DNA from: Bugula neritina
Taxonomy: Eukaryota; Animalia; Bryozoa
DNA length: 64,000 bases
Assembly: GCA_964035545.1 (NCBI GenBank)
Contig: OZ037767.1
Coordinates: 4,418,707-4,482,706, forward strand
Reading direction: 5' to 3'
Shown: in pieces, positions 1-15,419 of the stretch
Position numbering within the stretch: the stretch's first letter is position 1
Layout: each line of letters begins with the position of its first letter
Program-made: the position numbers and the translations under genes
The notes under the pieces: generated by a model
Seen by the model: only the letters and a program-made list of their open reading frames with translations
What the model was told of the DNA's origin: nothing
The model's database searches: none

Positions 1-3000
1 TGGATGGTCAACAGAAAGACACTAATTGTAATTTTCTCTGCTTGGGCACAGCAGAGTAGCTTAGTATAGCAGTGTTTTCAAGAGCTTCTAAAACCCCTGT
101 AGGTGGCCAAAGCCCTCCATAGTTAAAGGTGGTACATTTTCTTGCCCCACCATATGTGGGTGAAATATGGAAAACAGAACTAGCATCTTGTAGGTGAGGT
201 TGCACAACACAGGTGCCTAATTTATGTCAGAAAAATTAGCACACTGGTTTATGTTGTCAGTGCATTGTGATAATTTGATGAGAGTTAAAATTAGCATATT
301 GTGGTGGGGGCTAGTTGGTACTGCAATAACCCACAATTCCACATAATTACAATAATAGTTCCTAAATTACCCTTAAAATATATAGCCTTGGGTGGCTTGG
401 GGTTTTTCTTACAACTCCTAGTAAAATTAGTCAACTTCAAGCTCAAGAAATATCTTATAACATAGCAATGGCCACCCTTCATAATCGGGATTATATTGGA
501 TTAAAAACAACGTAACAAATTCTACATGTGCATAATAAAAAATGTCTACTAGTAGACGTGACTATGTGGCTATTGTATTATAGTAGGATTGTATCATCTT
601 CAAGCAGGCTGTTAGGAGAGAGTTTCAAGAAGCAGATGGTTATCTCGAGGTCAATTTACACTTCCTGTACCATGTTTATTTTAAACTTAGTTCTACCATT
701 TGCATCACAAATATACAGTAGCTTTATCTTTGAAATTGCTACTAATCTAGATCACTGATTCAACGTTTTGGTGTGAAATTCATAATAAGTACTAAGCAGG
801 AGATAGTTTATTCACTCTTGTATCTTGAAGATCTTGTCTGCTACAGCATAGACTATTTATTCAACAAACCAACCACTAGTGAATAACCAAACCAAAGGAA
901 AAGGTTCTTGAACTAAAAATATTTGTGTTGAAAGAGAAAACATACTTGAATCACATTGTTGTTTTTCCACCTGCATTTAATTGAGCCTTTGCTAAGTTGC
1001 AATATGAATAAATATTGATGGGCCAGAAGATTTTGCATAAATTTATAGTCACACAGTTTTAACTCCATTAAGAAAGAATGTAAAATAAAAATGCAATCTA
1101 ATAAATATTAAAAGTAGTTGCTGGATTCTTGTATAATAATTACGCAAGCTCATTAGCTGAGTATTTCAAGCAACACCTTTGCTTCAATGTAGTAATCAGT
1201 CATTTATTTAACCTACCAGTGGAAGCCATGGAAGTCAATAAAGGCGGTTTATTAAATGACTATGTTATAAATTACAGCCTCTTTTCTGTAATTAACTGCT
1301 ATAATAAATACGGCAGGTAATGATGATGGCAAAGTAACATTATTATACCCAGGGATTTAATCAACCAAGCCTTACAAAAATGTCACACTGACACTAACCA
1401 TATATTTTAAATAAAACTGATGAAAAGCAACAGGAGAGATAACTTCCCAACTATATATTTCAAAGAGACCAATACTAAACTCATAATGAAAGTTAAATAC
1501 ACATTTATTCCTTACACTAGCATGCCTATTTGCACCATTTACCATAATGGTTTTTTTATTTTATTTACAAAAGCCTTCCAAAGAAGAGATATTGAGAAGT
1601 TTTTGCCTTGGGTCTTCAATTTTGTGACAGTGACACCAACTTTTGATAGCATCCGATTATTAGTTACTTTAGTATCACATTGATAGGCTTGTATGGTATA
1701 AATAGAGTATGAGAGATTTGAGCATAGAAAGCTGTCTTTTTAAGAGTTTGCTTTCTAGTAAAGCGAAAAAGCAGTCTCGTCAAAAATTAAAGAATATTTG
1801 AATCAAATCTGAATTGATAACTGTGATGTCTACAGAAACGTTATTTGCAGACATCAGAGATCTATATAAAACATTTAAAAACGCATCTAAACTGTCATTA
1901 TATCTTAGATAAGGTTAGGCCCATTAGAGTATAGTTTAGTCATTGCATAGCCTGTGAGATATTTTATTCGGTTTCAGTTCATCGCACATTTCAAATGAAG
2001 TCATATATAACCAGAGAGCAAAGGCTATGAAAGACACAGCCATTACACATAACAGAGAGTTGGTGAACATTAGTGAGCTTGAAAAAATGTTTTAGTGTTT
2101 ATTTTGCTCTCCGGTAAATTTGCAGTAAAAACAATTACATCGAAAATATTTACTCAGAACACAAGAGTTTTGTGATTGTAAGGAAGTCTTTTAGCCGACA
2201 TCGCACCAGCTTTGCGTGACACAATGACCTTTTGTAAAACAAATAATATTAGCTTTAAATGCATTAGCTGCCAATACCATTAGTGACAGCAAAGCTTAGC
2301 CTTGGATCTGCAATATCCTCCGACTTATTTAAAAGTCATTAAACATTATTATGACTAGAAATGTGTCTCAAAGAAGATTAAAGAACCCGAAACTATTTTC
2401 GTTGCATGTTATTTTAATTCTAAATGTATTTAACACACTTACATGTGACTCCGGACAAGATTTAAATACATTATAGTTATCCACATGTATTTTGAACTCC
2501 TGGAACCATGCATGCAACGGTTGGAGATTTTTGTGAGTGATACTAGACTGCTACACATTTATCTGACCCAGCCATCACTTTGAAATGTGCACCTCCAGTA
2601 GTTATCAGTGCAGACCCTATAACTACTAGCTACTCAGCACGTTATGTCACAGTTGATCTAGATGATGGATATCAACAAAGAGCAGTTTGGACAAGATAAA
2701 CTAAAATAAAATTAAATGTATAGATTTCTTTGATCAACTGATATGCATAATATTTCACAAGGAGTCATGCCTGTGAACTATTCACAATCATGCGATGGGC
2801 TCCCTGGTCACACGGGTTCACAAGAGCTGTAAGCATATGCTTAACTTAGAAAAGTTCTAGTAGCCTACATTCCCAGCAATAACTGTAAACAAGCATTAGC
2901 AGTTGTCTGTTTACGAATATCTTTAAAACTGCATATCTTTAAAATTGCGGAAAGTAAAACATTATGTAAAGTGATGTAACTTGTGAGCCAATGCTATCAA

Positions 3001-5380
3001 GCATTACTAATTTCTACACGTGAGCATCTCCCAACCGAGATATGCTATATACTATATACTATATAACATGCCTCCTTCATTTACTATCATCCTTAGAGAG
3101 TTTATAAAGAAATTACTGCGTTTAGAGTTCATCATGAATTCATAAACAGAGTTGGAAATATAGGAAATTTAAAATTAGTTTTCTAAAGTAATAAAATTGA
3201 GTCAGAAAGTTTTGCTATTACAGTTGAAGCATATATATTGGAAACTTGACTTCCCCTTGAAATCACTTTAGACAAGTATATAGCTTACAAACATGATTAT
3301 AATTATGATTTAGAAATAATGGTGTTTAGGGACTGTCATCTATTTAGAATATCGATTTAATACCCAGATACATTATTTCTGTATTTGTAAACCCAAACCT
3401 ATTTTAATTTAGGCTGAATATTAGTTTATGCTTATAATACCAGACCTGCCTTCATAATCTGGTTGTCTACTAAAACGCTTAACGTATATACAATATACAT
3501 GAATAGCGATCATTCGGCCTGACATGTTAGCGGCTCTTTTTATAATTTAATATCAGTGCAACTTGGAGATTTTTACGTCTGAATGAAATTAGATCTGATA
3601 ACAAGCTAATATCAAACGTCAAAAAGAATAACACAACCCAATAAGTTAGATATTTTGATAGTTCCCTTCAGCTACATTATTCATGCCTTTTGTAATAGTA
3701 TTAATACAATAACAAACACTTACCCAGGAATTCATTTGTTTTAAAATCCCGATTGTTTTCACAATTTTGGCAGAACATTGCTTATTTATGCACATAACAA
3801 TGTTTCAATGTTGTTTGATATTATCGTGGTTTCATAAAACACAGCAGAATTTACACCAAACAAATATTAATGATACGTAACACTGGGTTTCCTTTGCATT
3901 CAGGTTACCTACGTGTAATGTTTGTGTTCCCAAGACTATGAAATTTTATAGAATGGTTTCAATACTATAGTCTACCTGGTTATTGTTGAAACCACTCTAA
4001 TGTTGTATTTCGATTACAGAAACTGTTGAATGGTTACCACACATCTGGTGGTAATCACATAGCTTATGTAACTTAACCAAAATAGAGCAGTAGGCCAGTT
4101 GTTTATGCTACTAACAAACATTGTATATATTTGCTTTTCATTCTATAGATAATCTAATTTAACTAGACTAATCACTTACATAAGATATGATAAAATGAAT
4201 TTCCTTCAAAATTACCATCATTATATATAAAATTTATAATCAACTTTAACTGTTTAGGGCATTATGTGGCATGTTGCCATCTTGAATAATCTAAATTGAT
4301 GTTTCCAAATACTTGTGTCTGAAGTTAACAGGAACAATTACGTACTACATAGTACCTACATAATCAAATATTATAAATATTAGCAAACATTATACCATTT
4401 TCACAATATTGCTAAAGTACATAGTGGAGCTATTATATTACTTCCTACCGTAGCCTGCTGAACTTTTAAATCACCAAAATCAGCTAATTAAGGGTGGTCA
4501 TTAACATCCACTCTGACACCCACTATTGGCTATCGAAGCAGAAGAGTTTATCCACAATATTTACAACTTGTGGGAAAATTCTAAATCAGCTAATTATATT
4601 TTTCCAGGCTTAAAAATAAGCTGAATATTTTATGCAGTCTACTGGGAAAGGTGTTACCCTAGTTTTAGACGGTTTATGTCAGCTTTGTAAAACTAATAGG
4701 CTTAGAATAGCTATAAACTCGATACTGTGCCATACTAATACCTCAATTAGTACCAAGAGATGTGCACTTGCTTCCCCGAACATCTTTTTTAATTTTAAAG
4801 AGGTACAGGCTAGGGGTGTAGTAGACCTAATTATAGAAGTTAAAGTAAAGGTTGAAAAGATGAAAACTTAAACAAAACTGTAGGTCTGCTCTAGCAAACA
4901 AGTTTAAAGTAACAGTAGAGTAACAAGGCTAACTAGCAGCATTTAATAAACTTTGAAATTCATTCCACTAAAATCAACTTACTCCCGGACTCAACATATT
5001 AAACTCAATTTAAATTTGTCACCATCTTTTACCATCTGCTGTCATAATATAAGTTTAATACATTTAGATAAATTTCTTTTACTATACCTTTTTAAATGTA
5101 TTGCAGTATTGGCTATTGCTATTTTGAAATTTATGTTAATTTTTGGTAACTACTACTACTACTAGTGAACTTAGTTCAACTGTTGGTTATATGCATATGG
5201 TCTGTGCTTGCAAAGATGATAGTTTGAATTCTTTTGAAAACATGAAAATAGACAAGACAGTACGAAAAGTTTAGTGAGAAGAATTAAAGCTCTTGAAAGT
5301 TTTCTTTCAGTATCTTGCAACTAATTAATTCATTAGTTATAGTGTATTTTATTGTCAATGTTTTTCAGCAACAATATAAA

Positions 5381-5580
5381 CTTACCAAAACAATGACTTC
5401 TTTTACTCTCTTATATTCCGAGGAAGGATAAGCGAGAAGAGGTACACAGAGTTCGCAGTTTGAACGTGCACTGAAGTGGTCGGGGATTACCAATCCTTTA
5501 TCCTCAGCATCTAGCCAATATATAAATCGCTATAAGCAATGATCTGCGACCGCTAGCCCCACAAAGGCAGTCACGTGATT
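5381..5580 (-). promoter_or_regulatory. Possible promoter and non-coding first exon of a minus-strand gene extending left of the window
   Basis: Locally CpG-richer segment with E-box GTCACGTGAT (~5570), CCAAT motifs, a minus-strand Inr-like TCAGT (5474-5470) and a strong donor TTG|GTAAGT at 5385. No coding support. Confidence 0.25.
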
Positions 5581-8500
5581 TAACACGCAGTATAGCGGCA
5601 ATCCATTACTATTTATTAGTGCTCAAACGAATAAATTAGCTATGAACAACACATTAAAAGTGATTTCTGATTAATCAAACATAGCCTGTGATTGAATCTA
5701 CTCAATATAAAACTATATCGGGTGGATAATTTTTAGACTCAATGAATAGAGAACAGGTGAGTTACTAAGAAAAAGGCTTACAAATTAAATAAAATAAAAG
5801 AAACAGTTCCGCCAATAAGCTAAAGGTCATATATTGATGCCTGCATGCAAGAACTTATTAAACAACAATACAATAAACTAGTACTGATCAACCTGCCAAA
5901 ACACGAATATTTTCATAATTAATTTGCTGCCCAGTGAAAATTCAGTGCAAACACATTAAAGCTCTGCAACAAATGTAATCATACTTGTTTTGGGCTGAGC
6001 AGATGCCAGTAGTGAGGTGAATAATAAATCGTCTGACTCCTCAGTAATAACTGAGTTGTTCAGGCGCACTTGAATACCCTACCACCGAAATTACCGAACA
6101 GTTTTACAGCCCCTGTTCTCAGTTTAGCTCAATAGAGCTGTTATTGCATAATGTCATTTATAAGTAGCTCTTGAAAAATTTATATCATTGTCAATCTATA
6201 TAATATGGGCCTTGAAATATGAAGAAGTTTTAGTTCAATGTGCTTAAGTACTGATACTGCTACCATTCATTGCTATATGATAACTCCTAAAAACTGTCAA
6301 CATGACATATAAATGATTATTAAGTAGTGCTATTATGAAGTTGTATAGTTTTTGTTATATAATTAACTGACGATGCGTAATTTTAGGCGTAGAAAGGAAA
6401 GAACACAGCCATATACTGTATTAATGCATCAAAAGTAAAATCCTGTCATCAACAATAAGCTAAATGTACATAAATATAAATGTGTATTTTAAAGAATTTT
6501 AATGCAGAAAATACTATAGCTGTTGAGAAATATTATAACAATCTTAAAAGATTTCCTACATATTACAAACAAACATTAATTAACTTTTAGCCTACAGTTA
6601 TACTATAAAATATATTTCAGGTGCTGACTAATGCTGGGTATCACCAGTATATTTAGATTTTTCGGGAGATTTCCGTGATATGATTTATACCAGGTACTCG
6701 GCTTAAATTTCTCACGTGTTTTAGATACTTATGGTAGAAAGGTGATTTCTCAAGAAATTACTGTACTTTGTTTTGTACTGATTTAATTGAAATACTAAAT
6801 AAAATCTAAATGCAAAAATGCAAGCACTGGAAGCACGGCTTCAGTAAGTAGTAGAGAGCGATGGAAGATCATCATCATGGAAATGCAACTCCAAGTATGA
6901 ACAGAAATTATTTTTTGAAATAAAAAACCCGCATAATAGGATTACACGTAGAAAGTATAATGATATGGTAGAGCTTTGTCTAGCTTACCAAAGACAGTGT
7001 GCAATAAAATGTTTATCAAAAATAGTACATATTTATATATAGCCCAATAAACAAGACGTAAACTAGTTATTTAGCATTGCATCTTAATCTACATTATTCT
7101 GATTATGGCTATGATGTAGGCCTAATTGAAAATAAATGTTTTATATGCTACTTTGTAGTATATAGCAACTATTGTGGAAACCCTATAGCCTATATTAGGC
7201 CTTAGTTTTTGGTGTTTGGCCATATTCACATTGACACTGAGTCACTTGCTTAGCCTTGAAAAGATTACTGACTATTCAGTGGCTCAATTGAACCAAAAAA
7301 TTGTTTGTTTCAATTTGTTCAAAAGTTTCACATGTTAAATTTGTGCAGGTGGTGAATTGTATGTCAGAGTTCATGAGGTATAACTATTGAATGTTAAATG
7401 TATTACACCTACTCGCAAACAACTTTTTCAATTATTTTATATATGTAACAGTTGAACCTTTCTAGACTTGAAAATGAAAATATATTAATACAAATGATCA
7501 AAAATTTAACCAAATATTAAATATTGAGTAGCAGTTTAAGCTATTTCTATAGCTATGTCAAAAGCTTTGTCACAGCAAAACTCTTTAAATTTGTTGTTGG
7601 ATGTCACAATAAAACAGCATAGATTTCAGTTTTCTATTAGTGTAGGCCTATAGAATACAATATATACATTATATGTAATGCTAGTGATATAGATGTGTTT
7701 CAATAAAGCAAATGAATAGATATAGGGTACAGATGTTTCAACACATGTACACCAACATGATTTAGATAATTATATATGAAGTTAATTAATTATATTATTA
7801 TTAATTATAGAGTAATTATATATATAGAGTTGATATTATAAAGAGATTATTAATGATGGTATTCTGTAAATTCTGTAAACAGATGGATAATATAAAGCAT
7901 GCATGCTTATAAATCTCTATATAAGTTTAACTTAGCATCTGCTAATTTATTAAAAAGACAATTTTGCCATGATAAATGCTAAGTTTGTTTCAATGAGCAA
8001 AAGTCAAGGAGAATTTATACTAATTTGTGAGCCAATTGTATAAATAAACAGGAAGATAAATATTAGCAGTGACACGATAATGATGCTCAGTGGCTGTCAC
8101 CAATGTTGACACACAATATCTGTCTAAAGGGATGTGTAAACATGAAAGCTGATAGTTTGCATGTTGAAAATAATGGGCTATTTCTACGGTTTGTCTTTAC
8201 AAGATGCCCATTTACATGCTGAACAATGGCGAAATGGGGCACGGTTAGTTCAGTAAACACGTTACGCCATTCCATTGCGTACTAATTCGTAGGCTAGAGC
8301 ATCAAGTTCACCAAGCTAATAGCTAGTTATGCACGGGAATGGAGCTAGACAATGATGTGTGAGATACGTATTACAAGCCAAAAGTTTAGGATGTCGTGTA
8401 GTGTAGTTATATTTCTTAAGCTGCAAGAAAACAAAAATTATGCGAAATACTTGAGCAATGTTTCAATTAGACAAAACATCCAACGCACTTACTCACACAG

Positions 8501-10247
8501 CGCTAAGAGCCCTTGGGCTATGCACGACTGATTTTATTATCATCTTACATTACTTATAGATAACTTCGAAGAAGTTGTAAAGAAGATATGTAAAAGAAGT
8601 GCATCGCAAAATTCTCCAATTTTAAAACTACAGAGTGGCCAGAAAACTATTTATAAAATATGGCTGTTTAAATATCACCCAATAACAATATTGCATTAAA
8701 TCATTTATGCTTTTATTTAAATACTGGGCACCTTCTTCAAATTTTATTTATTTAAAATCTTTTATAATGAGATGCGGTGCCTCAACAATTATATTTTGCG
8801 TAAGTTCTTGCTTTTTACGTGCTTGAAATAAATTTTGTTTTCATTATAGCATAAGCATAGTTTCTGTGCCATAATCAGGATGCGTAATTCATGCAACATG
8901 AAATAAAGGTTCTAGGCATTGTAGTGAGCCTTGCCTGTTAACATTCACAAAGGCAATTTCAATCAAATTTGGCAATTGTGTTATTTACTTGTAAGTTTAC
9001 TGCTCACCACTGCATGCTTGCTGCATAAATGATAATAAATAAGCGAATATAATCATTACTAGCGTATATAAAGTAATCATCACATCACCATTTGAACTTT
9101 ATTGAATAGTGATAATTGCTCTTTTTATTTGATTTGAAAAAAAGTTTTAACCCTCCTCACTATTATTATAAATTCAGACGACTGTTACAGACATCCTTAC
9201 AACCAAGATAGTGCTGAAGCTATACATGTTACAATAGTAACTAGTTTCACCGCAAAACAATGAAAGATCAGGTAATTATTTTCCAGTGAGCGAATATAAA
9301 AGAAAGTATTAATGCAGTTTCTTCAGACAAGTCGAAATATGCCTGCCACTTGATAAGCATCATGATCATCAAGCTCTGGGGAATTCTGAGGCATACACAT
9401 GTAAATCTGCAACAGCTTGGATATTATGCGCTTTATTTATGCTGCCAAAAGCATCACGTGCTGTAATATCACCCCTGGGGATGTGAAGTAGAGTTTTTAA
9501 TATTGACACGATGGAGCATGGCTAGATCAGCTCTCACTTTTTCTATGTAATAGAAACTAAAAGGCGGTTTGAATTACAATTTGTAGAAAGAAATCTGTAT
9601 ATAGTTAGCTACCTGGAGGCTATATTTCACACTGCCATTATAGAGTTTCAAGCATCAAGAATACCATTTTATTGATGAACTTTCTGAAAAAACAATTCAC
9701 TTTTTAAATGCTTTCGATTTGACGGCACTAAATGCAATTAATCTATTGTAGAAACTAAAGTGTTGAGGTTTCAATTACTTTGAGCTAACATTATGATTGT
9801 TAAGCTCTTTCACAATTTAATAGCCACTGAGTAAAAAGTATCGTGTTATGAAAACAAGAGCCGTTTTGCTTTAATTGAGGACTAGACTACGACACTCGTA
9901 TGTCTCCAAAATAATTTTATTAAATTAAACTTATAAACTCATACATTTTGGAAATATTTTCATAAAAATTTATTAATTCAATTTCAAAATTTCAAGATCA
10001 TATTTTCAACAGTCAACATATAATAATAATGATGACACATATGAAAGACAAGTTTGTAAGTATTTAACAGATATCAGGGTTTGTGTAGAGCTGCAACGTC
10101 TCTTAGTATTAGAACACTTGAATTTATAGTTCCTAAGAAGCTCTTAGTATCTCCAACTATTACATAATTACAGCCACATATCCCCAGGCCACTTTACCAG
10201 CCTTTGGTTAAAACCCAAAATGTAGCACATCTCTTTGGTTGATAAAG

Positions 10248-13200
10248 TTAACGTCCAATCTTTCCCAGCCTTTGGTCAGTTTTGGGGTTGGCTGTAACAT
10301 TTTGGACGATGACCAGTGCTTCATTGATTTGACTTTGTAATTGCCTAAGATTCTGTATGTGCAGTAGCCTTAGGATCTTAACAGCTTCTTCAGTAACATA
10401 GTCTACAATGAGTACAAGACAGCTCAAAGAAGAGCTAAAATGAAGTATTACATTATATTGTAGGCAGCACTACACAATTTATTACACCTACTTCAGGTTG
10501 CAAATCAACAAAACAATTGATTTATCTAGAATTATTATAAAGCAATAACTGAAACCCAACACAAGCCCATATTATTTACAGATTGGCTGCGTATACTGAA
10601 ACAGAAAGAAATAAGATACAACCGAAGCTTTCAAGATAGAAAATCGTTTCTGAATAGAGGCCCACTTATCTAGACACTAAATTTGAGTTGTTGGTGGAAG
10701 TAAAACAATAAAGCTAAACCAACCATCACTTAAAATAGTCCTGTAGCCCAAGGCACAGGAAGGTCAATTTCAAAAAGAAGGCGGAAAGTACGAGCACTTG
10801 GGTATTAACACAATAGCCCGGGCAACAAGAGATATAGCAAATCATGAGATAAAGCAAACCAAAGGTTGGAACAGGTGCATAACAACTTGTTTCAAAGTAC
10901 ATTATTGGTCAAGCTATGGCAGTAGAAGGTAGTCATCCCCCTTTGTATAAAAAAGTGCTCTACAACCTAACACCTTATTTTTACAACGAAACTTCTGTGT
11001 GGAACTATGCAGCTTTTTTTGTCAATAAGATCATCAAATATTTTACATGATCTGTGCTAATAGAATTACACATGATGAGCATAAAGCAATTGTATAAACT
11101 CAGTGTATATTTGTGAGATACAATATGATGAAACAGAGATGAGCTATAACACACCCTTCATAAGTGATGTGCTATTTAGACTGAAGATTGACTGACTCAA
11201 TTATTAACTTTTCATATTGATTCACAAAACTTGTATAAACTACATCAACAAGTGCACCCCCAAATTATACTAGAGTAGATACTTTTGGAAGAAGACAACT
11301 CTTTAGAACTTGCATTTTTCGGTTTTGAAAGAAAATCAAATTACAGCAAAACTGGCTAGATGTGACATTAAAATGGATTTTGTTATGAATGGGATTCCCA
11401 GGTTATGTGATGTCTATAGTTACAATCTCAGCCTGGTGTTGAGTAATGGTGAATAGGAAAAATAATATGAACACAGAGCCATACTTTCAAAATCTAGAAA
11501 GTTCTAATTTACCAGCTGCAATAACTTAACAAGAACACCATAGAAAATTGGTGTCCCATCTTTACCAACAATAGTGCTCCCTTCATATCTCACGGATCTG
11601 CTTCTCACAAAATCCCATAGTTCACGAGAAGGGCTTGGACCCCTTTTGTGGCTGAATTTAATGGGTCTGCGAGTTAAAGCTGGTATTATACTATGTCACT
11701 AATCGAGGTTTCGGGACCATAGTTTAGACTTTAGTGAGATACGGAGGGAGCACCATGAGCTATCAACTGTATTGCCCTTGTATAGTTGCCAGTGTCAGAA
11801 TATGTAGTGCCATTAAAGCTCATTATTCATTCTAGTAGGTTCCATTAGCCTGTTATATAACAGGTAGTAGGCTGCTGTCTAAGTGGGCTAATAAATATAA
11901 CTGATAAGCACTGCTATCAGTAGTACTTTCTGCACCAGTATTGCTTTAATTACTGGTGGTTGCTTAGTAGACTGCACACAGGGTAAGCCGAGCTCAAAAC
12001 TCAAAACATCTAAACAAAAATCTTACTTATAACCTTTCCAGAATAATATTCCTTCCAGAGTAGTTCACGTGAAAGTCTTAGAGAATTTAGAAGTTGTAAT
12101 CTGAAAAATCTAGACTGCAGGTAATGAAATGCTTGAAAGCTGAAAAGGTTTCCTGCTATTTAGGTGATGCATATTCAAGTAATTAGGAAACTGTAGACTC
12201 AATATCCTGGCCTTAATGACAATTATGATTGAGTTAAGCGAAACTGATGGTCTGCTAGTTAGATAGAACTTGGTTACTGTACACTATAGTGAATGTACTA
12301 GATACAGTCAATAATATAGTAGAAGATTGTCTGTTCGTTCTATAACCCTATATTCTAATAGAATGCAACTCGTTCACACAACAATAAATCCTTGCATACG
12401 TCTAATATTTTTTTAATTTTATTGAATGCATGTAAGTTCTATTTTAAAATCAATATTTAGATGATGCTAAAAGACTATTAAGTGATAAACACTACTACGT
12501 TAAAGACCCATCATATGAGCACAACTCCACAAAGTCAATAAATTGTGCTAGTATAGCATGAAGTACATACCTCCAGTATGAAAGCCCATGTCAACTGATT
12601 CTAATAGGAGCTTGTCTTTGCTACCATCATCACCACCAGCTGAATACAGTTCCAAACCTTCCTTAGACAGCCTTTCTTTGACTAGTTTACAGATGGCCTT
12701 GGAGTGAAACATATAAATTAATACACTAAATTATATTATTAGCTTCACAAAGTTATCAAGGTCATTATAAGTACTAAAGCACAAGGAAGTTGTTTTCCTG
12801 TTTTTGCAGGTAATTAGAGCTGCAGGGACAACATCACGGAAATGTCTGGATAACACACTAAATAGAAGCCGGCATTGAACTTAAGTCGTGAGACGAGTAA
12901 ATACAAGTCTAAAGTCCCCAAGTTGAACGATCACTTTGCACCAAACTAATTCACAATCAAATTCATCTGAAAATTGCTGTATTGTAAAATAAACACAAAT
13001 CACGAGACACTCCAGTCTGGAATACACAGAATGTGAGCAAATAACTACCTTCAGAACCTCTTTGTGGTCGTGGTGAGGTGGAATCTGTAACAAGGTGGCC
13101 AAAGTGGTAATTCCAGCCTTCATGGCTTCATCATCAAAATCGAGAGAATCCAAAGGGTTGGAGGAGGGAGCTACGTCTTTACTAGCGGAATTCGTTTGCC

Positions 13201-14721
13201 TTGTACATTTCCTGAAATACAATTATTTCTAAAAAACAGGATATGATTCCTTACATCAACAAGAATATAAGCCACTAATAGAGTTTGGAGATTTTAGAAC
13301 ATTATTAAAGAGTTATTCACTCCTACAGATAGTCAATAAGGATGTGATAACTCCACAATTTACAACAACTTGTGCATTAAATAAAATACAAATTGACAAA
13401 AGATTGTATTCTTAAAAACTCCATGGAAGTTTAGGAAAATTTAAATTGCACTTCCATTTGTCAGTAATTTTACTTTCTTTAGCAACCCGCACGATAGTAA
13501 AACAGGGACAAAAATAAAATATGGTTCTAATTTCATGAACTATGATATTTTGACTTCCGACTTTGAACATCCAGTATGAACAAATTTTTTCAAAATCCAG
13601 AATTGAGCTGTTAGCATGTTTCTCATTAGGATAAATAGGAAATTCAACAAAACATGGTAAGAAAACTTCTAACAAAACATTTATTGTACCTGTATCTTTG
13701 TGGATTTTCTCCATAAACCAACCTTACAGCTAACCCTAGCAACCAGTCAGTAATGACTGGCGAGTTTGTACGGTCAGTATGAGGGCAGCTAAGGTCGTCT
13801 AAATACTGCAAGACAGACACATTTATATATAAAATCATTCACACCAAGTGTAGACAACTCTTCAAACACACCATTGAGATGGGCATAATGTGTGTTGTAT
13901 GTAATTCCAATCTCATGTATAGCTCAGAGTTGGAAACTTTTTAGAAATGGCAATGTGTGAACAGTTGTTAGCTATAGTCTGGATGAGGGTTTAAATAAAG
14001 TAGTAGTGTTTAGTAACCCAGTTATCAAACTGTATATCTACAGGCTATAGACAGAGGCTAAATTAGAACTCCGACTAAACTTTAATTAGTAAACACTAAA
14101 ATATAATCACACAAAGGTTAGCAAAACTGATAGCCTGTGATATAATAAACTACAAGCAAGCGAGTGGAAGGACACCTTGCTAAATGCTCTTTGCCAAGAG
14201 GAAATATCAGAAGTCTTCCTCAAAGCAGCGCGGTCTTCAATCTTATAGTGACGGATTTTCTGATCTTCCAACCATATTACTAATTCTTGAAACTTCTTCT
14301 GATCTACGTAAAAATAAACAAATAACTACCCGTGACGGCAGTCTAACACGAGATGCCAAAACAACAATTAATAAATGAAATATAATTAGGGTACTTTTGT
14401 TATGGTATAAAACTTAAGGCATATCATAACATACGAGACTTTGTATAAAAATCGTTTAGTCTCTAAGCCAGCCAATATTGAATTACAGACTGGAAATGTG
14501 AATATGGTGATGAAGCAAATCGATTGGTTGGTCCAAAATACTTCTTAAAAATTAACTAAGATAATAATTATTCTTGGAATTTATTCAACAGCTGGTAAAA
14601 TTAAAATTATAATTAAAAAAATGTGAATTTAAACTAGTTGTTATTATATCAATATGATACCTGAGTGATCAAATTCACTGATGCCTGGGTATCCAAGAGC
14701 TTTTAGTTTTCTGGCAAACAT
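10248..14721 (-). CDS. RTRAF: RNA transcription, translation and transport factor (RTRAF/C14orf166/CGI-99; tRNA-ligase complex subunit). Coding exons 14721-14661, 14303-14176, 13805-13690, 13211-13049, 12697-12571, 10402-10248
   Basis: Hand-spliced GT-AG exons are phase-consistent and give MFARKLKALGY...WLEDQKIRHYKIEDR...DWLLGLAVRLVYGEN...KAGITTLATLLQI...ILRLLHIQNLRQLQSQINEA...NPKTDQRLGKIGR*, closely matching human RTRAF as I recall it. An acceptor just before 14751 implies an upstream non-coding exon that was not located. Confidence 0.95.
11572..11755. mobile_element. MITE-like non-autonomous DNA transposon (Tc1/mariner-pogo-like termini) in the last RTRAF intron
   Basis: Terminal inverted repeats: TAGTGCTCCCTTCATATCTCAC at the left versus TGGTGCTCCCTCCGTATCTCAC (reverse complement of the right end), 19/22 identical. 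About 185 bp, no ORF, no clean TSD. Confidence 0.6.
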
Positions 14722-15419
14722 AACTCACTCGATGTAATGCTGATGGCACATCTGAAAATATTATTTATAATAAACTAAGGGACATAAATCCAACAGAAGA
14801 AGTTGAGCAATACAAAATTTGCCTGAGTCGCACATAATGGCTAGAAACCTGCTTGATTGGCAACAATAAAATCATTAGAATCACCAAAACATATTGAGCA
14901 TGAGTTGCAGCAGAGATTAAGCTAGTTGAAGCAAAATTTAAACTTTAAAATTAAATGTTTCTTTTTACACAAAATAGTACTATAAAATATTATACTAAAT
15001 TTTAATATTACTTACAGTAATTGAGGTTGCAATTGTGAATATTAAAAGTCAAATAGTAATATATATATTACCATAATATCTGCTTTTTGATTGTTAGCAA
15101 TCAATGTATTGGAGACACAGAAAGTGATGAAACTGCAAAGTACAAAACCGTTTTTTAGCATCGACAGAAAAAGAGTTGCTATACTTTCAAATTATTGTTT
15201 TTCTTGGTATTATTTACCATTGCAGTATAGCTGGTACTATTAGCAAAACTATAACTCTAAGACTAAATATTACTCTTAGTGTTACTATTAGCCTTAGGCC
15301 TATTACTATCAGTATCACTATGTAATACTAATAAGACCAAGTTGAAGTTGAAGTTAAAAAGCTGACAATGACAGCAGTAGTAGTAATAGCAGAACTGAAA
15401 GAACGAGAAGTACTGGTAT

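Noticed and set aside
1-10000. Short ORFs of 62-87 aa
   Set aside because: No recognisable domains or exon chain; expected by chance in AT-rich DNA.
11070-11185. C/D-box snoRNA-like motifs (ATGATGA...CTGA)
   Set aside because: Antisense to the RTRAF host transcript, no terminal stem, and no rRNA complement that I could recognise.
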